DNA of 64,000 bases from positions 1,116,001 through 1,180,000 of the forward strand of contig NC_043009.1 in assembly GCF_006345805.1 (NCBI RefSeq). The letters are read 5' to 3'. The translations under genes were made by a program, and so were the position numbers. The notes beneath the pieces are model-generated. The model did no database searches. It was given only the letters and a program-made list of their open reading frames with translations, and had not been told where the DNA came from. The first letter of the stretch is position 1; each line of letters begins with the position of its first letter. Below, piece after piece: positions 13,301-24,749 of the stretch. This DNA comes from Octopus sinensis (taxonomy: Eukaryota).

Positions 13301-14166
13301 TGTTTGTCCCCCTAACATCACTTGACAACTGATGCTGGTGTGTTTACGTCCCCGTAACTTAGTGGTTCAGCAAAAAGAGACAGATAGAACAAGTCCTGGG
13401 GTCGATTTGCTCGACTAAAGGCGGTGCTCCAGCATGGTCCCAGTCAAAAGACTGAAACAAGTAAAAGCGTAAATCTTCCAGTAATCATACCCTACCTTCA
13501 TAGAAAATAAAATGTGTTTGGTAAACAAAGAAGTGTTGGTCATATCTGTAATGTCTTATATTTTTTTTTATCATAAGTCTGCTTGATCAGACTAAACAAC
13601 AACAACAACCACATTAACATTATTAACTCTTGGAGTATGACTGTTACGTATTTGTCTGTCTTTGACTGCAATGTTTATGTAGACGTACTCCTTCATGAAA
13701 TGTCTTAATTTTTCAGTGCTTTCTATTGAAAATCGGGAGAGAAAACTTTAAAAAGTGATTGGATTGCACCACTAAGCCTTTAATATTCTTGGTAGTATAA
13801 CATGGTTGCATAACAAAATACCGTGTCCCTAATGCCAATTAATCAACAACTTTGTATTATATATACATGCATACACACATATGTATGTACCTATCGCGGT
13901 TTCGATTCTCAGACCGGGCGTTGTGAGTGTTTATTGAACAAAAACACCTAAAGCTCCACGAGGCTCTGGCAGGGGTTCATGGCGATCCCTGCTGTACTCT
14001 TTCACCACAATTTTCTCTCTTTCTTCTGTTGGCCTGCTCGCTTAGCCAGCGGGGTGGCATCATTTGAAGGCTAAAACAATGTGAAGCGCATTGTGACCAG
14101 TGATGTGTAGCAACATCTGATAGCCTGGTCGGTCACGGTGATCACGGTGATATATCTATATATATA

Positions 14167-14211
<45 letters not shown>

Positions 14212-17200
14212 GCATACATACATGCATGCATATATATATGTGTGTTGATCTTCATCATCATCATCGTTTAACATCCACTTTCCATGCTGGCATAGGTTTG
14301 ACTGAGGATTGGTGAGCCAGAAGGCTGCACCAGGCTCAGTCTGATCTGGTAAAGTTTCTATAGCTGGATGCCTTTCCTAATGCCAACCACTCAGTGTTGT
14401 GGGTGCTTTTTGCGTGACACCGGCACAAGGGCCAGTCAGGCGGTGTGTGTATATGTATTAGTGTGTATGTATGTGTACGCATATGCGTACATGTAAATGT
14501 ATATACATATATGTGACAGTTCCTCTCATCTATTTATCTCTAATTATCTGTCTAATCCCATTTAAAGAAGTAAATTACTCATGGTACTATCCAATGATTA
14601 TTTTATGGCTCTCTGACTTCTGACACCATAGCCATTTAAATCTAGCTAAGGCTTGGTGTGTTTTCACTCCCTTCAAGGATGCCTAGCTGGGAGGGTCGGT
14701 CATATCTTGTGGCATTTTTTCATCCAAACCAAATTTTTAAAAGGTTTTTTTCCATGATGCTATTGAACTATGCATCAATAAAAAATGTGTGTGAAACAAC
14801 TGTTGTGAACTTTCAACCCATTTGTGTTCTTGGAGTGGCTGTGTGGTAAGTAGCTTGTTTACCAACCACATGGTTCCGGGTTCAGTCCCACTGCGTGGCA
14901 CCTTGGGCAAGTGTCTTCTACTATAGCCTCGGGCCGACCAAAGCCTTATGAGTGGATTTGGTAGACGGAAACTGAAAGAAGCCTGTCGTATATATGTATA
15001 TATATATATATATATAAGTATATGCGTGTGTGTGTTTGTTCCCCTAGCATTGCTTGACAAGCGATGCTGGTGTGTTTATGTCCCTGTAACTTAACAGTTC
15101 GCCAAAAGAGACTGATAGAATAAGTACTGGGCTTACAGAAGTATAAGTCCCGGGGTTTAATTGCTCGATTAAAGGCGGTGCTCGAGCATGGCCACAGTCG
15201 AATGACTGAAACAAGTAAAAGAGTAAAAGAGTAATATCTATTTATGTAGTTATTTTTCAACTATAGTCTTTGATTTGTATGGATTCTCAACCCCTTTTCT
15301 ACTAAATGAGAGGGGTTACTGAAAAGTTCCTGGCTTTGGGTAAAAGAAAATATTCACAGATTCACACACTTATTGCAGCAGCCCTTCGGTATTTCTAAGC
15401 CCTATAAAAGAACTTGCAAGGTTGGGCCTTCAACCAGGGCTTTCATGATCTCCTTAAAGCCAGGAACTTTACAGCGCTTCCTTGTATGTCTGTGTACGCG
15501 TGTGCACACACGCACACACACACACACACACTGTGATTGCCTCAGTAAACAACTCTTCCTGAAAGCAACAATGCTATTTTCACAAATCTCAAATATAAAA
15601 TGAATAAATAAAATATAATATGTTAGTTTTTGTGCAGTATACTCAGCCAGTTGTACTATTTTTCCTTTCTTTCCTTTGTAGTGTTGTTGTATCACAGTGG
15701 ACAAAACTATTGATGATTGTAAAATACCACATTACACAGGCTCATTTTACCTATCATCTCATTGATGGGGCCGTTCCTCCAAAGAAACGGTCAGAGATTG
15801 TTGATGACTTCAACACAAATCCAAACGGTGCAAAGGTAAGCAACTCTATATCATCATATCATCATCATCATCATCATCATCATTAAGCATCTGTTTTCCA
15901 TGCTGGCATGGGTCAGACTGTTTGACTGGACCTGGTAAGCTGGACATCATTGTTATAATGTCCACTTCTCCATGCTTGCATGGGTCAGATGGAATTTGCT
16001 GTGCCAGATTTTCTACAGCTGGATACCCTTCCCGTCCCCAACCTTTACCTGTTTCCAAGCATGGCAATATTTCCCCATATCTATTTTGTACTTGTTTCAG
16101 TCATTTGACTGTGGCCATGCTAGATCCCGGCTTATCTAGCCATATTCTTCATAGAAGACTGGAAACTAACAACACTGCTTGTATAACAGTGACACTCATT
16201 TACAACCATCAAATGATATCAAAACAAAGGTACACATAAGCACACACACTTATATCTATGTATGTACATGATGGGCTTCTTTCAGTTTCCTTCTACCAAA
16301 TCTACTCTGATAAGCCTAGTTCAACCTGGGGCTGTAATATCTTAGATGCTTGTCCAAGATGCCAAGCAGTGGGATTGAACCACAAACAATGCAGTTGGGG
16401 AGTAAAAACATCTTAATTACAAAACCACACCTGCTGCACCATGGTAACTAAAACAATAAACCGGAGCATGTTAATTGGTTCTGTGTTTTGCTCTGTTGGG
16501 GTTGACAGCCGTGCTGTGCTTACACTGTTGCTATCTATCATTCTTTTATCTATTATATATACCGCAACAGAAACTCTCATTTCATTGAAAGGTGTCTTGG
16601 GCCAACAAGGGAACCCCTATACAGATGTTCATACTGCTAGAAATAGCTAAATCTCCTGAAAAATGTCAGCTTGCCATCTTAAAATAAGACAGTCATTATA
16701 AAATGTTGTCATAGATAAATCTGAAAAAAAGAAATGATGAGGTGGTCACTGTTGGAACACATTTGATCATAGGTCGACTTGATGATCAGGATTGAGGTGG
16801 TTAGGTGTGTATCCCGGTGGTTAGGTGTGCAGCCCGGTGGTTAGGTGTGTAGAATGATGCTGAAATGAAAGAGCCCTATGATCTAATAACATTACTCACG
16901 GCCCAAAATAAATCTACGAGGGACGTTCAATAAGTAATGTCCCTGAACCATTTGCAGTTGTTTGATCTAGCTGAAATTTTTCATGTGCAATCATTTATAT
17001 CTCTATAGAGTAAGTGACAAATTACAGCTCTGAACTAATTGTGGTTTCTGATTTACAGGTGTTTGAACTGAGTCAAGTGTGAAGTGGAGCCTGTTGAGTG
17101 TCGAGCAGTGATCCGGTTTTTGTATTTGAAAGGACGCACACCATGGGAGACTTTTGATGAAATGAAAGTAACTCATGGTAATGATGCCCCATCATATGAC

Positions 17201-20200
17201 CTTGTAAAATGCTGGCATCGTGAATTCAAACACGGTCGGAACTCTGTGGAAACAGCTCTCAGATCTAGTCGCCTCCCTTCTGCCATTGATGAGGCCTTTG
17301 TCCGTCAAGTTGAGGCTGCCATTTTGGAAGATCGACGCATAGTTATTCGCCAAATAGCCCATGAGGTCAAGATTAGTACTGGGTCTGTGGAAACTATCAT
17401 TCATGACCATTTGCATATGCAAAAGGTGTCTGCCAGATGGATTCCCATGTTGCTCACGCCTTTCCAGAAGCAAGAACGCGTCGAGTGCTCGAGGATGAAT
17501 TTGGAGATGTGCCAAGAAGATGAGTCAAAATTTTTCAAAAGACTGATTACACAGGATGAAACCTGGGTCCATCACGATGATCCAGAGACCAAAGCCCAGT
17601 CAATGCAGTGGAAGCACTGTGACTCACCCCCTCCAAAGAAGGCAAGGGTGCAGCCCTCCGCTGGCAAGGTCATGCTCACAGACTTCTGGAACCAGGACGG
17701 AGTAGTGATGACAGATTTCCTGGCAAAGGGTACCACAATTACAGGAGCCTATTATGCTTCACTTTTGAGGAAATTAAGAGAAGTTATCAAAATCAAGAGG
17801 CGGGGCAAGATCAGCAAAGGCATCCTCCTCCTGCAGGACAACGCTCCGGTCCACAACTCGCTTGTCGCCAGATCAGAAGCACAGGCGTATGGCTATGAAC
17901 TCCTTCCCATCCCCCCTACTTTCCTGACCTTGCACCCTCTGATTTTCACCTTTTCCCAGTCATGAAGTTGTTTTTGAAAGGAAAGCGTTTCCCAGATGAT
18001 GCAGCCTTGATTTCTGAAGTCACGTTCAGGTTGGAGGACCAAGCTGGGGTCTTCTACAAAAACGGTCTCCAGAGCCGCATCAAACGATGGTAGAAATGCG
18101 TAACTCTGGGTGGTTCCTCTGTAGAAAAAGACTAATAACTGTACCAAGTTTCGTTGCTCTACTGCTATGGGAAGTGGGTCAGGGGCATTACTTATTGAAC
18201 GCCCCTCGTATATCTACAAATGTCTAAGTAGAAAATTTTGTCCCAAAACTATTCCGGCTGTGAAAGATCTTCTTGCATCCAATTATATTCAACAATGTCA
18301 AACATGACAATACACAAATATATGAAGGTTCATGGCTCACTGGTTAGAGCATTGGACTCACAATCATGAGATAGTGAGTTCAATTCTTGGACCAGGCAGT
18401 GTGTTGTATTCTTAAGCAAGACACTTTATTTCATGTTGCTCCAATTCACTCTGCTGTAGAAATGAGTTGTGATGTCATTGGTGCCAAGTTGTATCAGCCC
18501 CTTCGCCTTTCCCTTGGATAACATCAGTGATATGGATAGGGGAGGCTGCTGGTCTTCCATAAACAACTTTGCCTGGACTTGGACCTTAGAGGGAATTTTC
18601 TAGGTTCAATCCCATTGTTATTCATGACAGATAGGAGTCTATATTAAACTAAAGTCTTATATTCCAGATATTGCTTCTGTCATTAAAAGCTGGTGGTGTT
18701 GGTCTAAACTTGATTGGTGGCAGACATTTGTTTTTACTTGATAATCACTGGTAAATATTTTTCCTCTTTCTTTTCTTCTTCTTCTGATGCTGAAACTGGA
18801 ATGTTCAATCAGCCAAATTACTTGCTTATTAAATTAATAAGTGGCTGAGTATTTTTCAGGTGCATGTACCTTTTAAGGCAATTTTCAGATAGAATTTACC
18901 TGTTAAAATGCATGACAATGGTATACCTTTAAATTGCAGATACAATCCGCTCAGTAGGCTTCTTTGCAGTTTCTATCTTGCCAGTTTCACTCAGAGAGTT
19001 TGGTTCAACCTGGGTCAAAAGAAAATGACATTTACCCAAGATACTATACAGTGTGATTGAACCTGGGACATTGTGGTTTTAAAGCAAACTTCTTAACCAT
19101 TCAGCCGTATTGCATACCTGCATTATACAGGCATGCATACATATCATCATCATCATCACCATTTAACTTCTGTTCTCTGTGCTGGCATGGAATAAACAGT
19201 TCGACAAGATGCCAGAGAGCTGTGCCAGGCTCCATTTGTCTGCATTGGCATGGTTTCTACTGCTGGATGTCCTTCCTAGTGCCAACCACTTTACAGAGTG
19301 TACTGTGTGCTTTATACATGGTACCAACACAGGTGCTTTTTACATAGCACCAGCAAAACACACACACACACACACACACACACATATGACAAGTGATCAA
19401 GGCCTCTCATGTAGCTGTGCTTGAGAAGACACGTGAAGCCAAGACATAGTCACGGCCAGTGCCATGTAAAAGACACCTGTGTTGGTGACATGTTAAAAGC
19501 TCCCCTCCTGGTAACACGTAAGAGGCACTTGTGTGAGTGACATGTTGGAGGCACCTGTGCCAGTGACACATAAAAGGCACCTACTACAGGAAAAGGCATC
19601 CAGCCTTAGAAATCAAACCAAGACAAACCAAGCATAGTACAGCTCTCCAGCTTACCAGTTCCAGTCGACAGAAGATGCCAGAGAACTGGATGCCTTTTCC
19701 TGTAGTAGGTGCCTTTTATGTGTCACTGGCACAGGTGTCTTTTACATGGCACTGGCCGTGACTATGTCTTGGCTTCACGTGTCTTCTCAAGCACAGCTAC
19801 ATAGAAAATGGACAGTAAATGATGATGATGATGATCAACACTCATGTTGTAGATGAGAGATGGGAGTTCTACCATTCCTTGTTGAACAAACTGCATACAG
19901 GGTTTTTACAGTGATTGAGTATTTGTGCTGAAATTATAGCTATTAATTATAGATATTAATTATAGATATTAATTATAGATATTAATTATAGATATTAATT
20001 ATAGATATTAATTATAGATATTAATTATAGATATTAAACTATAGTCTTATATTCCAGATATTACTTCTGTCGTTAAAAGCTGGTGGTAAATTGACATTGC
20101 CTGTACAGGTGCACTAAGATGTTTTGCTCACAAACACAATATACTGCCAGGTCTGGGAATTGAAACTATGTTCTTGCAGCTGTGAGTGCAACACCCTAAT

Positions 20201-22863
20201 CACTCGGCCACTCCATTTATACATTATGCATGCTTTATATGTAATATACGGTCAGTCATTCAATAATGTTTTTTTTCAGTTTTTAAAAATGTTCTTTTTT
20301 TCACTTCTTGCAGGAACCCAGCTTTGGAAGAACAAGCCAGTGACCGTATCTATAGAGTTGGTCAAAAACATGATGTTGAGATTCATCGGTAAGTTTTGAG
20401 TCTTTTATTTCCATTATTCCACATCATGCCAGTCATTCCTTTTATGATTTAGTCAGAGGGGAAGTTCAGCAACTGTGACCTGGACATGTTTTTTACAGGA
20501 GAATGGAAAGGACCAACGCTGGTTGTATGAATGGTGATGTTCCTTTACTATTGTCACACAATGTCATGACAAGGAGACATTAACACATACACAATGGCAT
20601 GCGCATACATACACACACACACCTTTTTACATGTTTCAGTCATTTGACTGTGGCCATGCTGGAACACTGCCTTTAGCTGAAGAAATCGACCCTAGGACTT
20701 ATTCTTTGTAAGCTTAGTACTTATTTTATCAGTCTCTTTTGCTGAACCACTAAGTTTTGGGGACATAAACACATCGACATTGGTTGTCAATAAAGACACA
20801 CACACACATAAATATATATACGACAGGCTTCTTTCAGTTTCCATCTACCAAATCCACTCACAAGGCTTTGGTCGGTCTGAGACTATAATAGAAGACACTT
20901 GCCCAAGGTGCTACGCAGTGGGACTGAACCTGGAACTATGTGGTTGGGAAGCAAGCTTCTCACCACACTGCTACACCTTATACACACATGTAGCTGAGAT
21001 TGGATGAAACTTTTGGATGGAACTTGTGAAAGAGGGAGACCCAGGAAAACATGGGGCGGTTTCAGGACACTGAACCTTATGGAGGAGATGACAAAGGGCC
21101 CAAATATCTGGTGCCTTGTTGTACTCAAGAAGACCCTTGCTCCACAGCAGAAGTGTTAATGTTGTTTCCCTTGCTGAAGAGGATTGGCCTGTAAGGGCCC
21201 TGTGCTGGTGCCACCTAAAAGGCACCCAACACACTTTGTAAAGTGGTTGGCATTAGGAAGGGCATTCAGCTGTAGAAACCAAACCGAATCGGACTGAAAC
21301 CTTGTGCACCTCTCTGATCAAACTCTCCAACCCATACCAGCATGGAAAACAGACATTATAGGATGAGGATGATGCTGTATATATACACAAACGATGGGCC
21401 TCTTTCACTTTCTGTTTATTACATCCACTCAAAAGGCTTTGGTCAAGCTATATAGAAGACATTGCGATGGGATGAGGCTGAACCTGTAATCAGGTGGTTG
21501 AGAAGGAAACGGTTTAACCTTGCAACCACGCCTCTGGTTAAGTTTTATATTTCTTGTCAAGGTGGTGAGCTGGCAGAAATGTTAGCATGCTGGGCGAAAT
21601 GCTTAGTGGTATTTCGTCTGGCGCTACATTCTGAGTTCAAATTCCCCCGAGGTTGACTTAGCCTTTCATCATTTTAGGGTCGATTAAATGAGTACCAGTT
21701 ATGCACTGGGGTCGATGTAATCGACTTAATCCCTTTGTCTGTCCTTGTTTGTCCCCTTTATGTTTAGCCCCTTGTGGGTAATAAAGAAATAAGAAATAAG
21801 TTTTATATTTCTGAATTTTATTTTGTTAAAGAAAACCCGAGTTTTATCAAGGCAGAATCTCAGACAAATTTTTATCTATTTATTTTTTTTCTAAGGTTTG
21901 TCTGTCTGAACACAATTGAGGAGAAGATTTTAACATTACAAAGTCAGAAACGTAAATTGGCCAAAGATGTATTGACAACGTAAGTTTCTCTTTACATGTC
22001 TTCACACTGTTTGACTATTTCATTTTAATATCTGGTTTGCGTGCTTCTTGATGTGAACTCGTGTGTTTAAAGATATTTCGTTGTATTTCAGGGTGGGGTT
22101 GGTCATTATACCAATAATAAACACACATGCTGGTTTTATTTTACTTCTTTGTTTTCATTAGTAAGTTGGTCAATGAATTAACTAATCAATTATTTCATTA
22201 ATTGTTCGGTTAATTAGTCAATCAGCTAGGTTTGTCAGACTCCATTTTTGTTTTTTTATTGCTGTTTGTGACCACAACAACAACAACATGCCCTGAAACA
22301 GACCTGGAATAGAGAGGGCATATTATAAGGTTGTGAATGATAATGACAGGACTTTGACAACCTTGGCTGATTGATTGACTAACTGAACGTTAAAAGCACA
22401 CTCTGTAAAGTGGTTGGTATTGGGAAGGGCATCCAGCCATAGAACCCATACCACAACAGACCATATGTCAGTATGGAAAATGGACATTGAATGATGATGA
22501 TGATGATGATTGAAACAAATGGAAAGTGGCTTATTCAGTTGAATCAATATCTGGTCCTTGTATATGAGATGTTCACTGTTGGAATCTCTGCAAATGACTA
22601 GCATGGTCAGCTTCTTGTGAAACTGGGTTCACTTGCTGGAATGAGTTCATTTCCTCCGAGGGTTGAATACCAACACAAGTGCAACTATTTTGCTGCTCCA
22701 GCTAGGGAAAGATGGGGAAGAATCTATAAACATTGTCTTTTCTTAAACACATCAATAAAGGTTGAAGAAAATTTACTCTCCTTTTCTTTTTGTTAACAGG
22801 TCAGGACAAAGCAACAGTCGCTTGCAACTGAATGACTTGCGAATGCTGTTTGAGATTAAATGA
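856..22863 (+). CDS. TTF2: Transcription termination factor 2 / Lodestar (SNF2 helicase), 3' part; exons 856-947, 7724-7931, 10938-11129, 12420-12481, 15682-15835, 18668-18750, 20314-20388, 21896-21979, 22800-22863; 5' exons outside window
   Basis: All exons have AG/GT boundaries, phases join in frame (1014 nt, ends TGA 22861-63). Translation has [78 protein letters not shown] and [10 protein letters not shown], matching the TTF2 C-terminal half (no RING, unlike RAD5/HLTF). Confidence 0.93.
2221..4062 (+). mobile_element. RTE-clade LINE, 5'-truncated, with stop codons; RT plus PHD-like finger, 3'UTR and (GAT)n tail
   Basis: [42 protein letters not shown]; in-frame stops at 2463 and 3138. Confidence 0.92.
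4268..5843 (-). mobile_element. Degenerate mariner (Hsmar1/SETMAR-like) with an internal ~370-bp insertion (~4470-4850)
   Basis: TIRs tcgggttgtctcacatgaaatgtc / ttaggtcgtctcacatgaaatgtc, TA flanks; [25 protein letters not shown]. Confidence 0.85.
5881..6290. mobile_element. PLE-terminus-like palindromic mini-element with hammerhead motifs in both arms
   Basis: 159-bp perfect inverted arms about base 6040; CTGAAGA...GAAA core; (TA)n flanks. Confidence 0.65.
7150..7716 (+). mobile_element. L1/Tx1-like LINE 3' fragment ending in (ATT)n
   Basis: [14 protein letters not shown]...INIFKFHL...[11 protein letters not shown] resembles the Tx1/L1 ORF2 C-terminus; tail repeat. Confidence 0.6.
7724..7931 (+). 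CDS. TTF2: TTF2 exon [10 protein letters not shown]...[16 protein letters not shown]
   Basis: acaacag acceptor, gtaagt donor; diagnostic [14 protein letters not shown]. Confidence 0.93.
7990..8870 (+). mobile_element. Highly degenerate mariner transposase fragment
   Basis: [16 protein letters not shown]...[11 protein letters not shown]; many frameshifts. Confidence 0.75.
10938..11129 (+). CDS. TTF2: TTF2 exon [25 protein letters not shown]...QSTK
   Basis: tttgtttcag acceptor, gtaaat donor, phase 0-0. Confidence 0.9.
12420..12481 (+). CDS. TTF2: TTF2 exon [20 protein letters not shown](C)
   Basis: ttttccag acceptor, gtattc donor; STK-I motif continuity. Confidence 0.88.
12535..13050 (+). 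mobile_element. SINE family A head with RTE-type (GAT)n tail; also ~10110-10530 (+) and 15870-16430 (-)
   Basis: Same head as family A; after the microsatellite a different 3' half ending ggatgttaaa...(gat)n. Confidence 0.7.
13095..13468 (+). mobile_element. tRNA-derived SINE family A (internal microsatellite, CR1-type tail); other copies at ~170-410, 1100-1325, 14831-15232 (+) and 20625-20975 (-)
   Basis: A/B boxes tggctgtgtgg / ggttcagtccc; tail ggcggtgctccagcatgg..cagtc....gactgaaacaagtaaaag. Confidence 0.85.
15308..15484. mobile_element. Mariner-derived MITE
   Basis: Inverted ends ctgaaaagttcctggcttt / aaagccaggaactttacag. Confidence 0.55.
15682..15835 (+). CDS. TTF2: TTF2 exon [10 protein letters not shown]...[25 protein letters not shown] (motif IV)
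   Basis: ttcctttgtag acceptor, gtaagc donor. Confidence 0.93.
16917..18208 (+). mobile_element. Full-length 1292-bp mariner (DD34D, irritans-like), transposase pseudogene
   Basis: 30-bp TIRs with 2 mismatches, TA TSD; WIPMLL, TQDETW, QDNAPVH; 1-bp frameshift near 17908 in HPPY(S)PDL and a TAG near 18090. Confidence 0.95.
18330..18640 (+). mobile_element. tRNA-derived SINE family C; 3' part also at ~34900-35125 (-)
   Basis: tggctcactggttagagc...gagttcaattc head; shared body cagctgtagaaatgagttg...gcctttcccttggataac. Confidence 0.75.
18668..18750 (+). CDS. TTF2: TTF2 exon [27 protein letters not shown](W) (motif V)
   Basis: attccag acceptor, gtaaat donor. Confidence 0.93.
19941..20044. repeat. 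13-bp minisatellite (TATTAATTATAGA)x7 plus one variant
   Basis: Direct reading. Confidence 0.95.
20314..20388 (+). CDS. TTF2: TTF2 exon [24 protein letters not shown](R) (motif VI)
   Basis: cttcttgcag acceptor, gtaagt donor. Confidence 0.94.
21555..21800 (+). mobile_element. tRNA-derived SINE family B; also ~10530-10745 (+) and chain 48222-49130 (-)
   Basis: ggcgagctggcagaa..gttagc...ctgagttcaaattcc head; ggggtcgat body. Confidence 0.8.
21896..21979 (+). CDS. TTF2: TTF2 exon [27 protein letters not shown](T)
   Basis: ttttctaag acceptor, gtaagt donor. Confidence 0.93.
22800..22863 (+). CDS. TTF2: TTF2 last coding exon [20 protein letters not shown]
   Basis: cttttctttttgttaacag acceptor; C-terminus resembles TTF2 'LTLADLRVLFGI'. 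Confidence 0.9.
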
Positions 22864-23461
22864 ACAGAAAGGAGAAAAAGACAAAAAAGGCAAATCTTCC
22901 ACTTGTGTCTCCTTCTTGTTATGGTTTATTCTTTTAATAAGATTATATTTTTATATTCGTGAAATATCCAAAACAACTGGACTCTAAATTGAGATGATCT
23001 AGTGTAGTTATTTAGCTAAGTTGTTCCTAGTTCAAATCTTGTAGAGTTTCACTTCATTACTGTTACTTGTTAATTATTAAATAATTATAATTACCCAATG
23101 CTGAGAAAACAGCAGAAAGATTGGCTATTTTACACTTATAAAATGGAAAAAAAGGTTGCCAAGGGTGACTGATAATATTTTTTTGTCTTATCTTAAAAGG
23201 GTTGAAATATCCAGCCTTTCTACTGTTTTCTTAGCTATACTACATTTGAAATTTACTTTCTTCTCTGTAAAATACCAAACACATTTGATGCTTCCAAAGT
23301 TTGTTTATAAAGTTATAACTATTGTTAGAAACTGTGGAACAATGAAAAGCATTTAGTTTCCTTGTTGGCATCTTGAATTCAAATTCTGCAGGGATCAGAT
23401 GCATGGACGTATCAGACAATTTAGGCAGTACATATTCAGGAAGAAATGATTTTAGTGCATT

Positions 23462-23686
23462 AACCTTTTAGCTTTCAAATTACTCCATCGAATATAGTGC
23501 CTTTTTTTATACAAACTGTTTTGACTTAACCTTGCATTATCTTATAATTTTCAGACTTCCATGATATGATTGTTTCTTTTTAGAATGTTAGTGTAGGTTG
23601 GGTGTGAAAGATTAGATGTGGCCAATTTGAATGTCAAACATAGAATATTTGGACTGGATTTGGCTGGTTTAAATGCTAAAGGATTA
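23462..23686. mobile_element. piggyBac-like MITE (TTAA-flanked); related copies at ~57290-57510 and an inverted fragment ~57510-57680
   Basis: ttaaccttttagc ... gctaaaggattaa ends; shared internal sequence. Confidence 0.55.
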
Positions 23687-24299
23687 AAAATTATGTGAGA
23701 CCCAACTTCATCTATAGGATACAGAGTGATGTTTTATTTTGAGACATGCTTTTCAAAAACATGCATGTTAAGCCATCAAATATGGCACTACTAATTAATT
23801 TTGTACTTAATTTGTAAGATAATTATTTTTATTAAAATTGTTTTTAATATTTGTTCTCACGTGTACAGTGATTATTTTAAAATAAGCAAATTAAAATCAT
23901 ATCTTCTTTTGTATTTATATTAAGCCACAAATTTATATTGTAGCAGAAAGACGGTCGACTTCTATAGAAGGTAATCAAGCTGTGTAGCTGTGAGAGAGTG
24001 TTAATCTCTTTTTGAACTGACCATTGTCGTCATGTAATAAGAGAGGACTTAAAGATATCCATCTGTGAGTGACAAGTAAAGCCTGATTGAGATAACGAGT
24101 GTGTCCACTTTTTGAAAGATGAACGTAAGTGTAGCTTTCCTGCCCCCTCCCCATCATTTCTGTCCCATATACACACACACACATGTATATACTCATACGT
24201 GAATACATACATGTATGGATATACACATATATCCATACACGTATATATACACACATATCTATACATACATGTATATAAATATATATATATATATATTGG

Positions 24300-24735
24300 T
24301 AAACACGGTAAGATAACAAAAGAAAGAAAGAGACCTCAATATTATGTAAATAGAGGAAATTTATCTATAAATTAATATGTTACAATTACTCAATAGTCAA
24401 GATAAAACTCTGAGTTTCAGATGCCGAATTGGAAATCCACAACACGATCCCTTTGGTTATCTGGCCATCTGAAAAAACGCTATGAAAAAAATACCGTTAT
24501 ACAAAGGGAAATTACTGTGTTATAATTCTGCTACTTATATAAAATAAGATTAAAAGTTCATAGTAAACATGTAAACACGGCTAGTCATATGCTCACATGT
24601 GCACTCGGTATTTTTTCATAGCGTTTTTTCAGATGGCCAGATAACCGAAGAGATGGTGTTGTGGATTTCCACTTCGGCATCTGAAACTCAGAGTTTTATC
24701 TTGACTATTGAGTAATTGTAACATATTAATTTATA
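24300..24735. mobile_element. Second PLE-terminus-like inverted-repeat mini-element
   Basis: ~130-bp arms 24366-24496 / 24606-24735 (about 5 differences), 109-bp spacer, (TA)n flanks. Confidence 0.6.
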
Positions 24736-24749
24736 TATATATATGTATA

